Source: Camelus dromedarius
Lineage: Eukaryota
Reading direction: 5' to 3'
Assembly: GCF_036321535.1 (NCBI RefSeq)
Contig: NC_087437.1
Coordinates: forward strand, 116,996,001-117,060,000
Length of the DNA: 64,000 nt
This document shows positions 62,210 to 64,000 of the stretch, piece by piece. A model generated the notes under the pieces. It did not search any database, was not told the DNA's origin, and was given only the letters and a program-made list of their open reading frames with translations. The first letter of the stretch is position 1; each line of letters begins with the position of its first letter. The translations under genes were made by a program, and so were the position numbers.

Positions 62210-64000
62210 TTAACACTAACATTTTTAATTTACAAAATACTATTTGATACAGATAAAACAAATCAAATAATATTTTTATCTTAAAATTAGCCACCCTTCC
62301 CCATTGCATTTTTCAGTAATAAAATACACGTGAAAAAGACAGAGTGTTACACTCAGCAATTTACTGAAGGTATAGAACCGAGTAATTTTTAAAAGTCATT
62401 TATAACTAGGTTCCATTATTTAGCGGATCCAAATACCCACTGCAAAATAAGTTCTATTACAAAGAACAAAATTAAAACTCAAAAATCTTTTACTACAATG
62501 TATACTATCAGTAAATACTTGTTTACTAAGTGTATTAAATATACTTATGAAATATGTAACATTTCCTGAATAAAATAAAATTATAAAAGTATGATTAGAA
62601 GTTAATCCATGATTATTCTAAAGTTGCTGCTATGTAAGTATCTCCACAGTAAACAGTGCTCTAATTCTTAAGATCTCACAAGAAAAATCAGGTCTAAATG
62701 TACCCCTGACAATGCCTACATATCTATTATTTAAAAGAATTAACAATCCTCATATCCCATTATCTCAGCATGATATCAAAGCAGCCAAGCAGACCTCAGG
62801 AGAAGACCTATACAAACCAAAGGAGCTGGAAGAATGTTTCAGCTGACGTCAGTGATTTTAGATCACACATACACATTTCTAAATGGATTCTGTAACTGTT
62901 AGCACTTCTAGAGAAACAAACTGTATCTGACCTTTGTCTTATATACATGACAACAGAAACACAGACTGCTGTAGTAACTCTGTCTCTCTTCCCATCCATC
63001 CCGTCATTTCAGAACAAATCACCATGAAAAATAATACTTATCCTCATTAGAAATTCTTTGAGAGATTAACAATTCTTTCTTCAAGAAAAGTTTTACAGAG
63101 GTAGTATCAATCAATGGAAGGTATATACTAAAATTTTGATATAATACCATAGTTCCTAATTCTATAATGTAAATAACCTAATTTAACAAGTATCAATTAT
63201 AGAATTTGTTAAATAAGTATTATAGTAATAACAACAAATCCAGTGACTTCATTTTGAGAAGCCTAATATAAAAACATGTTTATTTAGAGAGCCAGTCTTT
63301 GATATCAAAAAGAAAATGATCTTAAGCCTTCTTTTAATTTAAAGTTGCTCATCTTACACTGAAAAAGTATTATTTCAGCTGAAAACACCTTCTAATATTA
63401 GATAAATAGGGAAGAAAAATGTTACATAGTTCTTTGGGACTTGGCCGCATGACTTGTTAACTCCCACATATTTTGGCTGTCTGGGTTGGTATGATATCAA
63501 AGTAAGATAAGATTTTTTTCAAATAAACCGATTTTGGCTAGATATTTTGGCTAGTCAAGAATAGAATAAACTGAGTAAAAAGTTCTCAATACAGCAAAAA
63601 TATAAAAAAGCTTCCTATAATATCACTGCTCAAACTTTAGGAGAATAAGATTTTATGGGGAGCAAAAATAAATTAATCAGTATAAGAGATTTGGTGCAGT
63701 AATTTCACAACCTCAAAAATAAAACAAAACCACCAGATTACAAGGAGTGGTTGGGAATCATTCCCTAGCATTTACTTGTAGATAATTAAAGTTAAAAAAA
63801 TGTTCTTTGAATGAGCATGTTGGCAGAATAAAATGAGAGCTTCTAAAGTACACACCGTGGGGGCTGAAAAACATAATAGATAGGAAAAACACAATAGGTA
63901 GGAAACTATAAACTGAATTATTTTTCAGCTTTCTGATTGTTTTGCAACACGGGGTAATTCTGTGAATTATACCAGTTTCACATTAAAGACAGCAGTAATA

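Overview
Mammalian genomic DNA, probably camelid (inferred from the tRNA-derived SINE and L1 3' UTR types). It holds two spliced genes in tandem on the minus strand. The first is the 3' half of BRWD1: 15 coding exons from 62172 down to 24482, covering the cryptic-Tudor region, both bromodomains and the low-complexity tail, with two alternative C-termini. The second is a complete 7-exon PSMG1 (20975 to 9834, 287 aa) with a CpG-island promoter. Everything below ~9.5 kb is repeat-rich intergenic DNA. All exons were reconstructed by hand, with GT-AG boundaries and matching phases. The most notable structure is that the last three BRWD1 exons are ancient tandem duplicates sharing an RxCAxxAAxKIKxMS module. 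The distal copy has been cut short by a stop, leaving a fossil copy of the other isoform's C-terminus and 3' UTR in its own UTR. Other points of interest are a FLYWCH-bearing Mutator-like fossil in PSMG1 intron 6, an E-box cluster, a candidate cryptic BRWD1 exon, nested transposons and young L1 insertions with intact target-site duplications (TSDs). Gene identities rest on recalled human orthologue sequences, not on a database search, and repeat family names are by eye.
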